A stretch of 64,000 nt of DNA from a bacterium (GTDB lineage Bacteria > Bacteroidota > Bacteroidia > Bacteroidales > UBA932): positions 2,168 through 66,167 of the forward strand of contig CAVJRU010000003.1 in assembly GCA_963652025.1 (NCBI GenBank), in the 5' to 3' direction. Position numbers and translations under genes: made by a program. A model generated the notes under the pieces. It did not search any database. It was not told where the DNA came from and saw only the letters and a program-made list of their open reading frames with translations. Shown one piece after another: positions 7,574 through 16,507 of the stretch (positions within the stretch are counted from its first letter, which is position 1; each line of letters opens with the position of its first letter).

Positions 7574-9781
7574 ATGAAAAGAGCAACACTTATTTTGATG
7601 GCTTTGTGCCTCACCTCATACGCCATTTCAGCCCAGGAGAGAGTTAATGAAACGCCTTCGCCGGACTCCACGATGGTGGCGTTCACGAGAGCTAATGACC
7701 TTTGGGTTGCTGAGACTTCAAGCGGTCGTGAATGGAGGGTGACTTCAGACGGAAGCGACCTCATCCTGAACGGTTATGCCTCGTGGGTCTATTACGAGGA
7801 AATCCTCGGTCGTCCTTCCCGCTACAAGGCATTCTGGTGGTCGCCCGATGGCCGCAGGATAGGTTTTTACCGTTTTGACAATACTCAGGTGCCTTATTTC
7901 CCGATTTACTCTCCTTTTGCCGGGAAGGACATATCTTCTCCGAGCCACGAGGGGTATAGCGGAAGGCTCAATAATACCCGCTATCCTAAGGCGGGTCAGT
8001 CTAACCCTCTTGTGAAAATCGGCCTTGTGGATGTCTCCGCTGTCGTTTCCGGGAACGAAGACAGTGCAGTCGCTGACGCCTCGAAGACTTCCTCCCGGGA
8101 CGCTGCAATAGTCTGGGCAGACTTTCCCCAGATGGGCGGAACATCCGCTGTGGCGACTCCTGGTTGTACACCATCTTCTGATGGCGTGACAGAGGGCATC
8201 TGCGACGGCTACTTCGGAGTGCCTTTCTGGAGTGCCGACAGCCGAGATTTCTATGTTCCGACTCTTCCGCGCATCCAGAACGACCTGAACCTTTTCGCCG
8301 TCAGCGCAGAGAACGGAGAAAAACGCCTCATCTACAACGAAAAATACTCCACCTGGCTGGACTGGTTCACTTCTATGGAGTTCGGACGAGACGGAATCTA
8401 TGTGGCACGACGCTTCGAAACCGGCTGGGACCAGCTCTACTTCATCTCTTACGACGGCTCCCTTGTGGAAAGGCTCACCGACAGCCGCCTTTGGGACGCA
8501 ACAGTCCTGAAAGCAGACGAGAAGAACGGAAAACTCTATTTCAGCGCCAAAATTGACGGAGCACCCAGAGTGACTGTTTTCAGCGTGGACATCCCAAGAG
8601 AAATCCTGAAACTTTCCACTGCAAAGACCACTGCAAAATCCTCTGCACTCTCTTCTGCAAAGACCTCAGCGAATGCTTCCCTTACGAGTGTGAAAAAGAA
8701 GGTAAGCACAAAATGCAACACCCTTACCTCGCTCACTCCGCTGGATATGTATGCCTACGGAATCATCTTCGAAAAGGACTGCAGCAGTTTCTCGGCCTTC
8801 ATCTCATCTTCCCGCACACCGCTGAAAATGGTGGAATACTCTCTCAAAAAGGGCAAGGTGGTCTCCTCCAAGACCCTCGAAGACTTCACTCCCGAAGGCT
8901 ATAACCCTTCAGAATGTGCTCTTCCGGAGCTGATTTCGATGACAACTTCCGACGGCTTCACTCTTCCTGCGCAGATTACCTACCCGCTTGGCTTCGACCC
9001 GTCAGGGGCGGTGAAATATCCGGTCGTGATGGAAATCTACGGCGGTCCCGACACTCCCTATGTGAGGGATTACTGGAGAAAGCCCAACGAGACGAATCAA
9101 TGGTTCGCACGCAACGGCATCATTAAAATCGTCTGCGACTCCCGCGCCGCAGGACACAACGGAAGGGCAGGGGAGGACTACTCCTATAAAGACGTAACTT
9201 CCTATCCTGTAAGCGATTTCTGCGAATGGGCGGAATATCTGTCTTCGCTTCCATTTGTTGACTCGAAACACATAGGCGTTGAGGGATTTTCTTTCGGCGG
9301 CACGATGACCACGATGCTCCTTTTCCGCCACAGCGACCTCTTCTGCTGCGGCATAGCAGGCGGCGGAGTCTATGACTGGGCTCTCTACGACACCCACTAC
9401 ACCGAGCGCTTTATGGAAACCCCCGAGACCAACCCGGAGGGCTATGCAAGAGCCTGTGCACTGAACTACGTGAAGGACTATCCGGCTACTTTCATCCAAA
9501 GCCGCGCCGCTCTTGACTCTCTCTCTACAGAGTCGGCAGTGCAGCCACAGAGCAGAGGTGCAAACTGCCCGATGCTGCGTCTTACCCACGGCACCGGTGA
9601 CGACAATGTCCACTTCCAGAACACTCTCCTTTTGGTGAACGCTCTCCAGAGAAGGGGCAAGCATTTCGAACTGATGATATATCCTGACGGTATGCACGGC
9701 TACAGGGGCTATCAGGGCGAGCACTCCACCGCCTCCGACCACGACTTCTGGCTCACCCATCTGTTTTCAGGAATCCAATAG
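7574..9781 (+). CDS. S9-family serine peptidase, dipeptidyl-peptidase IV-like (beta-propeller plus alpha/beta hydrolase)
   Basis: 735 aa with a signal peptide. The N-terminal DPP-IV-type propeller region contains WSPDGRRIGFYRFD. The C-terminal catalytic domain has the nucleophile motif GFSFGG and GTGDDNVHFQN. Confidence 0.85.
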   Translation: MKRATLILMALCLTSYAISAQERVNETPSPDSTMVAFTRANDLWVAETSSGREWRVTSDGSDLILNGYASWVYYEEILGRPSRYKAFWWSPDGRRIGFYRFDNTQVPYFPIYSPFAGKDISSPSHEGYSGRLNNTRYPKAGQSNPLVKIGLVDVSAVVSGNEDSAVADASKTSSRDAAIVWADFPQMGGTSAVATPGCTPSSDGVTEGICDGYFGVPFWSADSRDFYVPTLPRIQNDLNLFAVSAENGEKRLIYNEKYSTWLDWFTSMEFGRDGIYVARRFETGWDQLYFISYDGSLVERLTDSRLWDATVLKADEKNGKLYFSAKIDGAPRVTVFSVDIPREILKLSTAKTTAKSSALSSAKTSANASLTSVKKKVSTKCNTLTSLTPLDMYAYGIIFEKDCSSFSAFISSSRTPLKMVEYSLKKGKVVSSKTLEDFTPEGYNPSECALPELISMTTSDGFTLPAQITYPLGFDPSGAVKYPVVMEIYGGPDTPYVRDYWRKPNETNQWFARNGIIKIVCDSRAAGHNGRAGEDYSYKDVTSYPVSDFCEWAEYLSSLPFVDSKHIGVEGFSFGGTMTTMLLFRHSDLFCCGIAGGGVYDWALYDTHYTERFMETPETNPEGYARACALNYVKDYPATFIQSRAALDSLSTESAVQPQSRGANCPMLRLTHGTGDDNVHFQNTLLLVNALQRRGKHFELMIYPDGMHGYRGYQGEHSTASDHDFWLTHLFSGIQ

Positions 9782-9807
9782 AATGAAAATATAAAAGCCA
9801 TCTTGAA

Positions 9808-10587
9808 ATGTCCATTTATAAGATAATACTCTTTTCGCTGCTCTCGGTTACTGTTTCTTCGGTGCGCTCCTGCGAGCAGCAAAAGACGACCGGGGCTGCG
9901 CCGGTGAAGATGGAACTTCCGGCGGTGGAGGTTTGCGACACGCTTCGCCTGGTGCAGTATGAGGCATATACGCTTCTATATAACCTTTCGCACAAAACCC
10001 CCGACTGGGTGGCCTGGGAGCTTACTTCCGAAGAAACTGACGGAGTGGAAGAAAGGGCGGCCAAATTCAGCGTGGACTACTCTCTGGACTTCATCCAAGG
10101 CGACAACAACGACTACCGTAACTCCGGCTGGGACCGCGGGCATATGGCTCCTGCGGCAGATATGAAATGGAGCGAGACGGCGATGAAGGAGTGCTTCTAC
10201 TACACAAATGCCTGTCCCCAAAACCATAATCTGAACAACGGCGTTTGGAAATCCCTTGAGGAAATGTGCCGTTCGCTTGCTAAATACTACGGGAAACTGT
10301 GGATTACCTCCGGACCGATATACACCGACTATGCCTACGGGTGCATCGGGGCGCACCGGGTTGCCGTGCCGGATGCGTTCTACAAGGTTCTTCTGATTCA
10401 GTGGGAGGGCGATTACTATGGGATAGGTTTCGTCTGCGAGAACAAGGCGGGGAAGAAAAAACTGGAGAAATACTCCACCACCATTGACGCCGTGGAGGAG
10501 ATGACGGGCATTGACTTTTTCTGCAATCTCACCCCTGAGCAGGAGCGGCGTGCCGAGGGAGAAGTTCATCTGGAAATGTGGTTCTAG
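9808..10587 (+). CDS. Secreted DNA/RNA non-specific endonuclease (Serratia NucA / Endonuclease_NS family)
   Basis: 259 aa with an N-terminal signal sequence. The beta-beta-alpha-Me active-site signature DRGHMAPAAD is present, with downstream NACPQNHNLNNGVW. Confidence 0.85.
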   Translation: MSIYKIILFSLLSVTVSSVRSCEQQKTTGAAPVKMELPAVEVCDTLRLVQYEAYTLLYNLSHKTPDWVAWELTSEETDGVEERAAKFSVDYSLDFIQGDNNDYRNSGWDRGHMAPAADMKWSETAMKECFYYTNACPQNHNLNNGVWKSLEEMCRSLAKYYGKLWITSGPIYTDYAYGCIGAHRVAVPDAFYKVLLIQWEGDYYGIGFVCENKAGKKKLEKYSTTIDAVEEMTGIDFFCNLTPEQERRAEGEVHLEMWF

Positions 10588-10591
10588 GGCG

Positions 10592-11575
10592 ATGGTGAGC
10601 TTGTTTCCTTTTTTAGTGGCTGCGGCTCTTTCCGTTTTTGCTTCTGAGAACAATTGGAGCGAGATAGGGGAGGGCGGCTCGGACGAAACCTCCGCTGCGC
10701 ATATTTCTGCTCCCGTTGCGCCCTCCGAGGTCTCACCTTCGGACAGCAGGGCTGCCTACAGAGTACGCCTCTGGTCCGGCTCACGCTATAAGGCCGGGGA
10801 CAGCGGGGCGGAACTTCAGGTGTTTCCAGCGCCGGAGCAGCGCAACACCGGGGTCGGTGTCATAGTCTGCCCCGGAGGGTCATATTACTGGCTGGACGGT
10901 CACACGGAAGGGACAAAAATCGCTACCTGGCTCAATGCAAACGGCATCTCGGCGTTCGTTCTGCGATACCGCAGAGCACTTTGGGGCAACCATTTCCCGG
11001 ATATGTTCGAAGACATTCAAAAGGCGATGTATCTTGTAAGGGAAGGGGCTGCTTCTCGTGGCGGAAAGTCCCTCTCAGAGCGCTGCGGCGTGAATCCGGA
11101 AACTGTCGGCGTAATGGGTTTTTCGGCCGGAGGACATCTTGCCGGGATGCTCGGCACCTGGTGGGACTGGGACGTGCTTTCAAATAGAGAAAAAGGGCAT
11201 TCGGCAGTGAGCCTTCGCCCGTCATTCACGGTGATGGTCTATCCTGTCGTTTCTATGCGCCCACCCTTTGCTCACACTCAGTCTAGGCTGAGTCTTCAGG
11301 GCAACAGCTTTGAAAATGAAGAAATTGAGCACCGCCTGTCGCTCGAAGAGTGCGTGCGGGAGGATATGCCGCCGGTTTTTCTGACCTGCTGCCGCGACGA
11401 CGAAACCGTACGCTGCGAGAACAGCGAGGAGTATGACAAGGCCCTCACAGAAAAGGGCGTAAACCACGTTTTCTACGAATGGGACGAGTCAGGCCACGGT
11501 TTCGGAGCGGACGAGATGGGCGGCCGCAACCGCTGGGCCGTCGCCTTCCTGAACTGGTTAAAGACTGTATTGTAG
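10592..11575 (+). CDS. Alpha/beta hydrolase (esterase/lipase, Abhydrolase_3-like) with signal peptide
   Basis: I place the start at ATG 10592 (MVSLFPFLVAAALSVFA), just after the upstream stop. The nucleophile elbow is GFSAGGHLA, with an HGF near the C-terminus. Confidence 0.75.
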   Translation: MVSLFPFLVAAALSVFASENNWSEIGEGGSDETSAAHISAPVAPSEVSPSDSRAAYRVRLWSGSRYKAGDSGAELQVFPAPEQRNTGVGVIVCPGGSYYWLDGHTEGTKIATWLNANGISAFVLRYRRALWGNHFPDMFEDIQKAMYLVREGAASRGGKSLSERCGVNPETVGVMGFSAGGHLAGMLGTWWDWDVLSNREKGHSAVSLRPSFTVMVYPVVSMRPPFAHTQSRLSLQGNSFENEEIEHRLSLEECVREDMPPVFLTCCRDDETVRCENSEEYDKALTEKGVNHVFYEWDESGHGFGADEMGGRNRWAVAFLNWLKTVL

Positions 11576-11604
11576 AGAAGTCCTATAAGAATATCCAAAA
11601 AGCA

Positions 11605-11724
11605 GGGGTTTAAGAAAAAGATGGAGTACAAGGCTTGCGTTGAAGCCCAATACCGGAGCAACCTGATGGTTGTGAGGATTTGGGCAAGACGCGTAACGCA
11701 GTAATCCGCTTTTTATTTAACCCC
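11605..11724. repeat. ~120-bp structured intergenic element A, same family as 18365-18483
   Basis: The outer stem is GGGGTTTAAGAAAAAG / CTTTTTATTTAACCCC. The inner stem is GCCCAA / TTGGGC, and the apical hairpin is CAACC-TGAT-GGTTG. It aligns end to end with element B. The right arm overlaps the ffh stop codon (11717-11719). Confidence 0.6.
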
Positions 11725-13048
11725 GTCTCAGATTACGCATCAGATTCATCTTCCCTCCAGCTCCCATCGCCATCTTCATCATCTTCCGAGTCCCCTCAAA
11801 CTGCTTCAGCAGCTTGTTCACCTCAGGGAGCGAAGTGCCGCTACCGTCCGCAATCCTCTTCTTCCTGCTGCCGTTGATGCACTCTGGGTGCTCCCTCTCG
11901 TAGGGAGTCATTGACTGGATTATGGCCTCGGTGGTCTTGAATGCGGTCTTGTTGTCAATGTCCACATCCTTCAGCGCCTTGTCCATTCCGGGGAGCATAC
12001 CGGCGAGGTCCTTGATGTTACCCATCTTTTTAATCTGCTGAATCTGGTCGTAGAAATCCTGCAGAGTGAACTGGTCCTTGGCGAGTTTCTTCTTGAGCTC
12101 GCGGGCCTGCTTCTCGTCGAACTGCTCCTGAGCCTTCTCCACGAGGGAAACCACGTCTCCCATTCCGAGGATTCGGTCAGCGATTCTCTCCGGGTGGAAC
12201 TGGTCGAGAGCCTCCATCTTTTCGCCCGTGCTGACGAACTTGATTGGCTTTCCGACCACCGTGCGGATGGAAAGGGCCGCACCGCCGCGTGTGTCACCGT
12301 CAAGTTTGGTGAGGACCACTCCGTCGAAATCGAGACGGTCATTGAAGGCCTTTGCAGTCGCGACAGCGTCCTGACCTGTCATCGCATCCACAACGAAGAG
12401 CGTCTCCGTAGGGGTTATGGCCTGGTGGAGGGCTGAAATCTCATTCATCAGTTCCTCGTCCACCGCAAGTCGTCCGGCAGTATCGACAATCACCACCGAA
12501 ATACCCTCGGCCTTAGCCTTCGCGATGGCGTTCTTTGCGATTGCAATCGGGTCCTGCACTCCATCTTCGGAATATACCGGCACTCCGATGCTCTCTCCGA
12601 GCACTTTCAACTGGTTGATTGCCGCTGGACGGAAGGTGTCGCAGGCAGCGAGGAGCACCTTCATACCCTTCTTGCTCTTGATGTGCAGAGCAAGTTTTCC
12701 TGAGAAAGTTGTCTTACCGGAACCGTTAAGACCGGCCACGAGAATGACGGCAGGAGAGCCTTTGAGGTTCACTTCGCTGCTTTCGCTTCCCATCAGGGCG
12801 GCGAGCTCGTCGTGGACGATTTTTACGATCATCTGCTGAGGCTTCACGGCGGTGAGCACGTTCTGACCGAGAGCCTTGGCTTTCACCGTGTCGCAGAACT
12901 CTTTTGCCGTCTTGTAGTTGACATCGGCGTCAAGAAGTGCGCGGCGGATTTCCTTCAGCGCCTCAGCTATGTTGATTTCAGTAATTTTTCCTTCACCCTT
13001 GAGAATTTTGAACGACCTCTCAAGTTTATCTGACAAGTTCTCGAACAT
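11717..13048 (-). CDS. ffh: Signal recognition particle protein Ffh
   Basis: 443 aa. The SRP54 N/G domain motifs GLNGSGKTT, DTAGR and TKLDG are present, followed by a Met-rich M domain (MKMAMGAGGKMNLM). Confidence 0.95.
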   Translation of the reverse strand: MFENLSDKLERSFKILKGEGKITEINIAEALKEIRRALLDADVNYKTAKEFCDTVKAKALGQNVLTAVKPQQMIVKIVHDELAALMGSESSEVNLKGSPAVILVAGLNGSGKTTFSGKLALHIKSKKGMKVLLAACDTFRPAAINQLKVLGESIGVPVYSEDGVQDPIAIAKNAIAKAKAEGISVVIVDTAGRLAVDEELMNEISALHQAITPTETLFVVDAMTGQDAVATAKAFNDRLDFDGVVLTKLDGDTRGGAALSIRTVVGKPIKFVSTGEKMEALDQFHPERIADRILGMGDVVSLVEKAQEQFDEKQARELKKKLAKDQFTLQDFYDQIQQIKKMGNIKDLAGMLPGMDKALKDVDIDNKTAFKTTEAIIQSMTPYEREHPECINGSRKKRIADGSGTSLPEVNKLLKQFEGTRKMMKMAMGAGGKMNLMRNLRRG

Positions 13049-13210
13049 ATTGATGTAGAAGATGTTATGAATTTACAAAATTGCACGGCCACTTCCTCGG
13101 GCCGAAAACCTTGCAAAATTAGCGAAATTTTCCGTACTTTTGCATTCCTACACTCAAAAAGGCCCGGGGTTTGCCAGTAATCCCGACTTTGGATTTGCAC
13201 ATTAGTCTGT

Positions 13211-14380
13211 ATGGATTTGAATATCAACCTGTCTTTCGGCATCACAGCAGTGGTCGCCATCACTCTCGCGTTGCTCCTTTTCATCATAAGGGTGCCTTCT
13301 TCGCCGTACACAAGGCGCCTTTCCCGCACTAAGAACACGATAGCCTCCACCTTTGCTCTCGCCGGAATCATATTCATCTATACGTTGACACGCCTTGACT
13401 ATGAGTGGAATGACTTTTACCCTGCGATGATGATGTTCATCGTGACGGCGCTCTCCTCCGTGACTCTTTCCGTTTCGCTCCTCCAGCTGATGGACCCGAC
13501 TCCATCCGGCAACGACAAATACTTGCTGAACGTAATGGTGGTGGCAATCTGGTCGGCTGCGTTGGCTTATTACTATGACTATCCGGTGAAATGGGTAAGA
13601 GTTTCCGCCTATATAAGCAGCGTCTCTCTCTTTGTGATTCAGTGCATTGCGCATATAATCGCCTTCAACAACAGCTATCGCAGAGCCCTTCATAAACTGG
13701 AAATCTACTACGACGAGGATGAGGAGCACAAGATAAAATGGATCCGCTTCTGCTACATTATTATGATGTTGACGCAGATGTTCGTTCTCGTTTATATGCT
13801 TCTTCCGCGTTCGCTGATGAAGATATATGTTCTCTTCTATGCGCTGTTTATGCTCTATTTCTCAGCGAATTTCATCTCATTCCTCGGCTCCCACAAACTG
13901 CTTCTTGACGCTTTTGCCTACAAGGCGCTTTCCGGTGAGGGGCTCCCTACTCAGGTGAAGAAAAAAAAGGCGGTGCAGCGGAAAAAGAACTCCAAGTCCT
14001 CTGCCCAGACAGAAACCGAACTCATCTACACCGATAAGGACCTCCAGGCGCTCGGAGATGCTCTTTCCAGGTGGGTGGAAGCTGGTCATTACCGCGAGTG
14101 CGACAAGACCCGTGACGAGATAGCCGCTGAGCTCAAGACTTCGAAGGAACTGCTGCAGACCTATTTCGCAGACAAGGGAATGGACTTCAGAACCTGGCGG
14201 ACCAACCTCAGAATTGAGGACGCGAAGAAGATGCTTCTTGAAAGCCCTAATGTGCCTGTGAACGTGATAGGGGAGAGGTGCGGGTTCAGCGACAGGTCAA
14301 ATTTCCATCGGCAGTTTCAGAAGGCTGTGGGCTGTTCTCCAAAGCAGTGGCGAATTTCGAATAATGCTTCGAACGCTTAA
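13211..14380 (+). CDS. Membrane-anchored AraC-family transcriptional regulator
   Basis: 389 aa. The first ~230 aa are multi-pass hydrophobic. The C-terminal HTH_18 is ...IGERCGFSDRSNFHRQFQKAVGCSPKQWR. Confidence 0.75.
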   Translation: MDLNINLSFGITAVVAITLALLLFIIRVPSSPYTRRLSRTKNTIASTFALAGIIFIYTLTRLDYEWNDFYPAMMMFIVTALSSVTLSVSLLQLMDPTPSGNDKYLLNVMVVAIWSAALAYYYDYPVKWVRVSAYISSVSLFVIQCIAHIIAFNNSYRRALHKLEIYYDEDEEHKIKWIRFCYIIMMLTQMFVLVYMLLPRSLMKIYVLFYALFMLYFSANFISFLGSHKLLLDAFAYKALSGEGLPTQVKKKKAVQRKKNSKSSAQTETELIYTDKDLQALGDALSRWVEAGHYRECDKTRDEIAAELKTSKELLQTYFADKGMDFRTWRTNLRIEDAKKMLLESPNVPVNVIGERCGFSDRSNFHRQFQKAVGCSPKQWRISNNASNA

Positions 14381-15209
14381 ACAGCATCTCTTCTTCCTGT
14401 AGGCGTGAGCGGTCGGAAGCGGGTAGAGCCCAATCTATGAAACGTGAGAAAATGTAGTCTGCAGCTTGCTCAGACGGGTGTAGCATATCTTCGGCGTAGA
14501 AACGGTAGTCCCTCAGCTCGTCAAGAAGAATCTCGTATGACGGGAAATACTCGGCCTTTTCCATATCTTTTATCCCATTTTCTATTCCCAGCAGCAGGCT
14601 AGCCTTGCTCAGCGCGTTTCCGTGCGCACCGTCCTTGAAGTGGCGTATAGGGCTGAGAGTGAAAATGAATGACTTGTCCGGATGTTCTTTGACGATTTTG
14701 GAGACAATATCCGCTGTCCTTCCCGCCGGAAGAAACTCCCTTGTAAACTCCTTTGCATCCCTTTTCAGGCAGTTTGAAACAATTGTTCCGGTTTCATTGA
14801 AACGGAAACACCAGCTAGTGCCTAAGGTTATAACTACCTTATTGCAGCTTTTCCAGAACCCGGAGGCTTTTGCAAGAGCCTCGTTAGAGCTAAGCAGAAA
14901 CTCCTCGGGGGTTTGCCGTGCGGCGAGCGTGTGGTGAGAAAAAGAGCACCAAAGAGCGCTGCCGCTGCCCATCTGTACACATTCCGCCTGAGTAAAAGGC
15001 TCGGCTGAGTCAAGCCTTAGGATGCTCGAAAGAATGGACTCGGGGTTGTAGAGCGTTCCGAATGGATTCAGGCACACGTCGAAACCTCTCTGAATGAGCC
15101 GCTTACCGATATTGTCCGAGAAGCAGCTTCCAAGAATCATCACACGGTCGGAATAACTTATCCCAATTCTGCTCTGAGGAAAATCAACCGGAGTCTGAAG
15201 TTTCAGCAT
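14286..15209 (-). CDS. GSCFA-family protein
   Basis: The eponymous motif is present in VMILGSCFSDNIGKRL. I place the start at ATG 15209 (MLKLQTPVDF) rather than the track start at 15326. The 3' end overlaps the convergent AraC gene. Confidence 0.75.
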   Translation of the reverse strand: MLKLQTPVDFPQSRIGISYSDRVMILGSCFSDNIGKRLIQRGFDVCLNPFGTLYNPESILSSILRLDSAEPFTQAECVQMGSGSALWCSFSHHTLAARQTPEEFLLSSNEALAKASGFWKSCNKVVITLGTSWCFRFNETGTIVSNCLKRDAKEFTREFLPAGRTADIVSKIVKEHPDKSFIFTLSPIRHFKDGAHGNALSKASLLLGIENGIKDMEKAEYFPSYEILLDELRDYRFYAEDMLHPSEQAADYIFSRFIDWALPASDRSRLQEEEMLFKRSKHYSKFATALENSPQPSETADGNLTCR

Positions 15210-15291
15210 AGTAGTAAATTTTTGATTATTCCAATAATATCCCCTTCTAAGGTGGAGCAAAATTAGCAAAATAACCTTAAATTTGCGGAAT

Positions 15292-16491
15292 ATGAGAAAG
15301 AAACTGCTTACATCGCTTGTGGCCATCGTCGTGTTTGGTTTATCCGCGGCGGCTCAAATCCGTTTTGATTATGACCTCGGGTTTGATTTCCGTTTCGATA
15401 ACCGGGAATATGACCGCAGCCTCTTCCAGGCCTCCAAGACCCTTTTCGGAGCACGTCTAGCCCCGATGGTGGGATTCAGCGCGGATGCGGGAAGAACCTC
15501 GCATAGGCTGATGGCCGGCATTGACGCGCTCAAAGAATTCGGAACATCCGACAAGGAAATGTACTGCAACCTGATGTTTTACTATCAGCTAGGCATCCGG
15601 TTCGAACACACTGATTTTCACATCTCCGCGGGACTTCTTCCGCGCAGTTTTTCTCGTGGCGACTGGTCTCCGGTCTTTTTCTCAGATGAACTCAAATTCT
15701 ACGACAACCGTTTCGAAGGCATAATTTTCAGTTGGGACCGGGAAAAATCCCGCTTTGAACTCGGCTGCGACTGGACCGGGATGTTCAGCCAAACAAGAAG
15801 GGAAGAATTTATGATTTTCTCCAGCGGAGACTATCGCCCTCTGAAGTGGCTGAGGATGGGGTATGAGGCCTATCTTATGCACTACGCCTGCTCAGGAGAA
15901 GTTAATTCTGTCTGCGACAATATCCTTGCTGAGCCTCACATTACATTTGATTTCGCACCATTTGCGCATATTCAGAAACTTTCACTTCGCGGAGGTTGGA
16001 TTCAGGCTCTCCAACGTGACAGAGTTGCGGTAGGACATTTCGTCGCTCCATACGCCGGTGAGCTCCTCGCCACCGTTCAGCATTGGGGAGTGGGAGTGGA
16101 AAACCGTCTTGTCATCGGAAAGAATCTTATGCCATACTATAACTGGATGGACACGGCAGGCACTCAGTACGGAGAAGGAAATTTCTATAAGGGCGATGCC
16201 TTCTACCAGATGGTGGACCCGGGCTGGTCGTCACGCACTGACATCGGTGCAGGCGAAACCTCCCAAATCCAAAGCGGCCTGTACGACCGTCTTGAAATCT
16301 ACTACGCCCCCAGAATCTGTCGCGGGGTGAACCTTAAGGCCTCTGTTTATCTCCATTTCCATCTCAATCAGTTCTCCGGAACAAACCAGACGGTTTCGCT
16401 CCTTTTTGACCTTCACGAACTCCTCCGGGGCTTTGGACCGGAAAGGGGGGAAAGACGTGGGCATCACCACCACCACAATCCGATTCAATAA
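15292..16491 (+). CDS. Hypothetical outer-membrane protein (signal peptide; alternating aromatic/hydrophilic pattern suggests a beta-barrel)
   Basis: Begins MRKKLLTSLVAIVVFGLSAAAQ followed by IRFDYDLGFDFRFDNREYD. I recognise no family. The C-terminus ends ...GHHHHHNPIQ. A TAAATTTG -7 box lies at 15278-15285. Confidence 0.5.
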   Translation: MRKKLLTSLVAIVVFGLSAAAQIRFDYDLGFDFRFDNREYDRSLFQASKTLFGARLAPMVGFSADAGRTSHRLMAGIDALKEFGTSDKEMYCNLMFYYQLGIRFEHTDFHISAGLLPRSFSRGDWSPVFFSDELKFYDNRFEGIIFSWDREKSRFELGCDWTGMFSQTRREEFMIFSSGDYRPLKWLRMGYEAYLMHYACSGEVNSVCDNILAEPHITFDFAPFAHIQKLSLRGGWIQALQRDRVAVGHFVAPYAGELLATVQHWGVGVENRLVIGKNLMPYYNWMDTAGTQYGEGNFYKGDAFYQMVDPGWSSRTDIGAGETSQIQSGLYDRLEIYYAPRICRGVNLKASVYLHFHLNQFSGTNQTVSLLFDLHELLRGFGPERGERRGHHHHHNPIQ

Positions 16492-16507
16492 TATTAACCA
16501 CTTCATA

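Noticed and set aside
5982-10587. A possible defence island suggested by the RecD-like helicase, the secreted nuclease and (elsewhere) the UvrA-like ATPase.
   Set aside because: The genes are separated by housekeeping genes and are each monocistronic. The nuclease has a signal peptide, which points to an extracellular scavenging role. No methyltransferase, toxin, immunity, integrase or other partner genes are present.
16455-16491. A C-terminal GHHHHHNPIQ on the outer-membrane protein that looks like an engineered His-tag.
   Set aside because: There is no vector, linker or protease-site sequence. The run is only five His residues encoded by mixed CAT/CAC codons, and the flanks are native intergenic DNA leading into the next lipoprotein gene. 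It is most likely natural.
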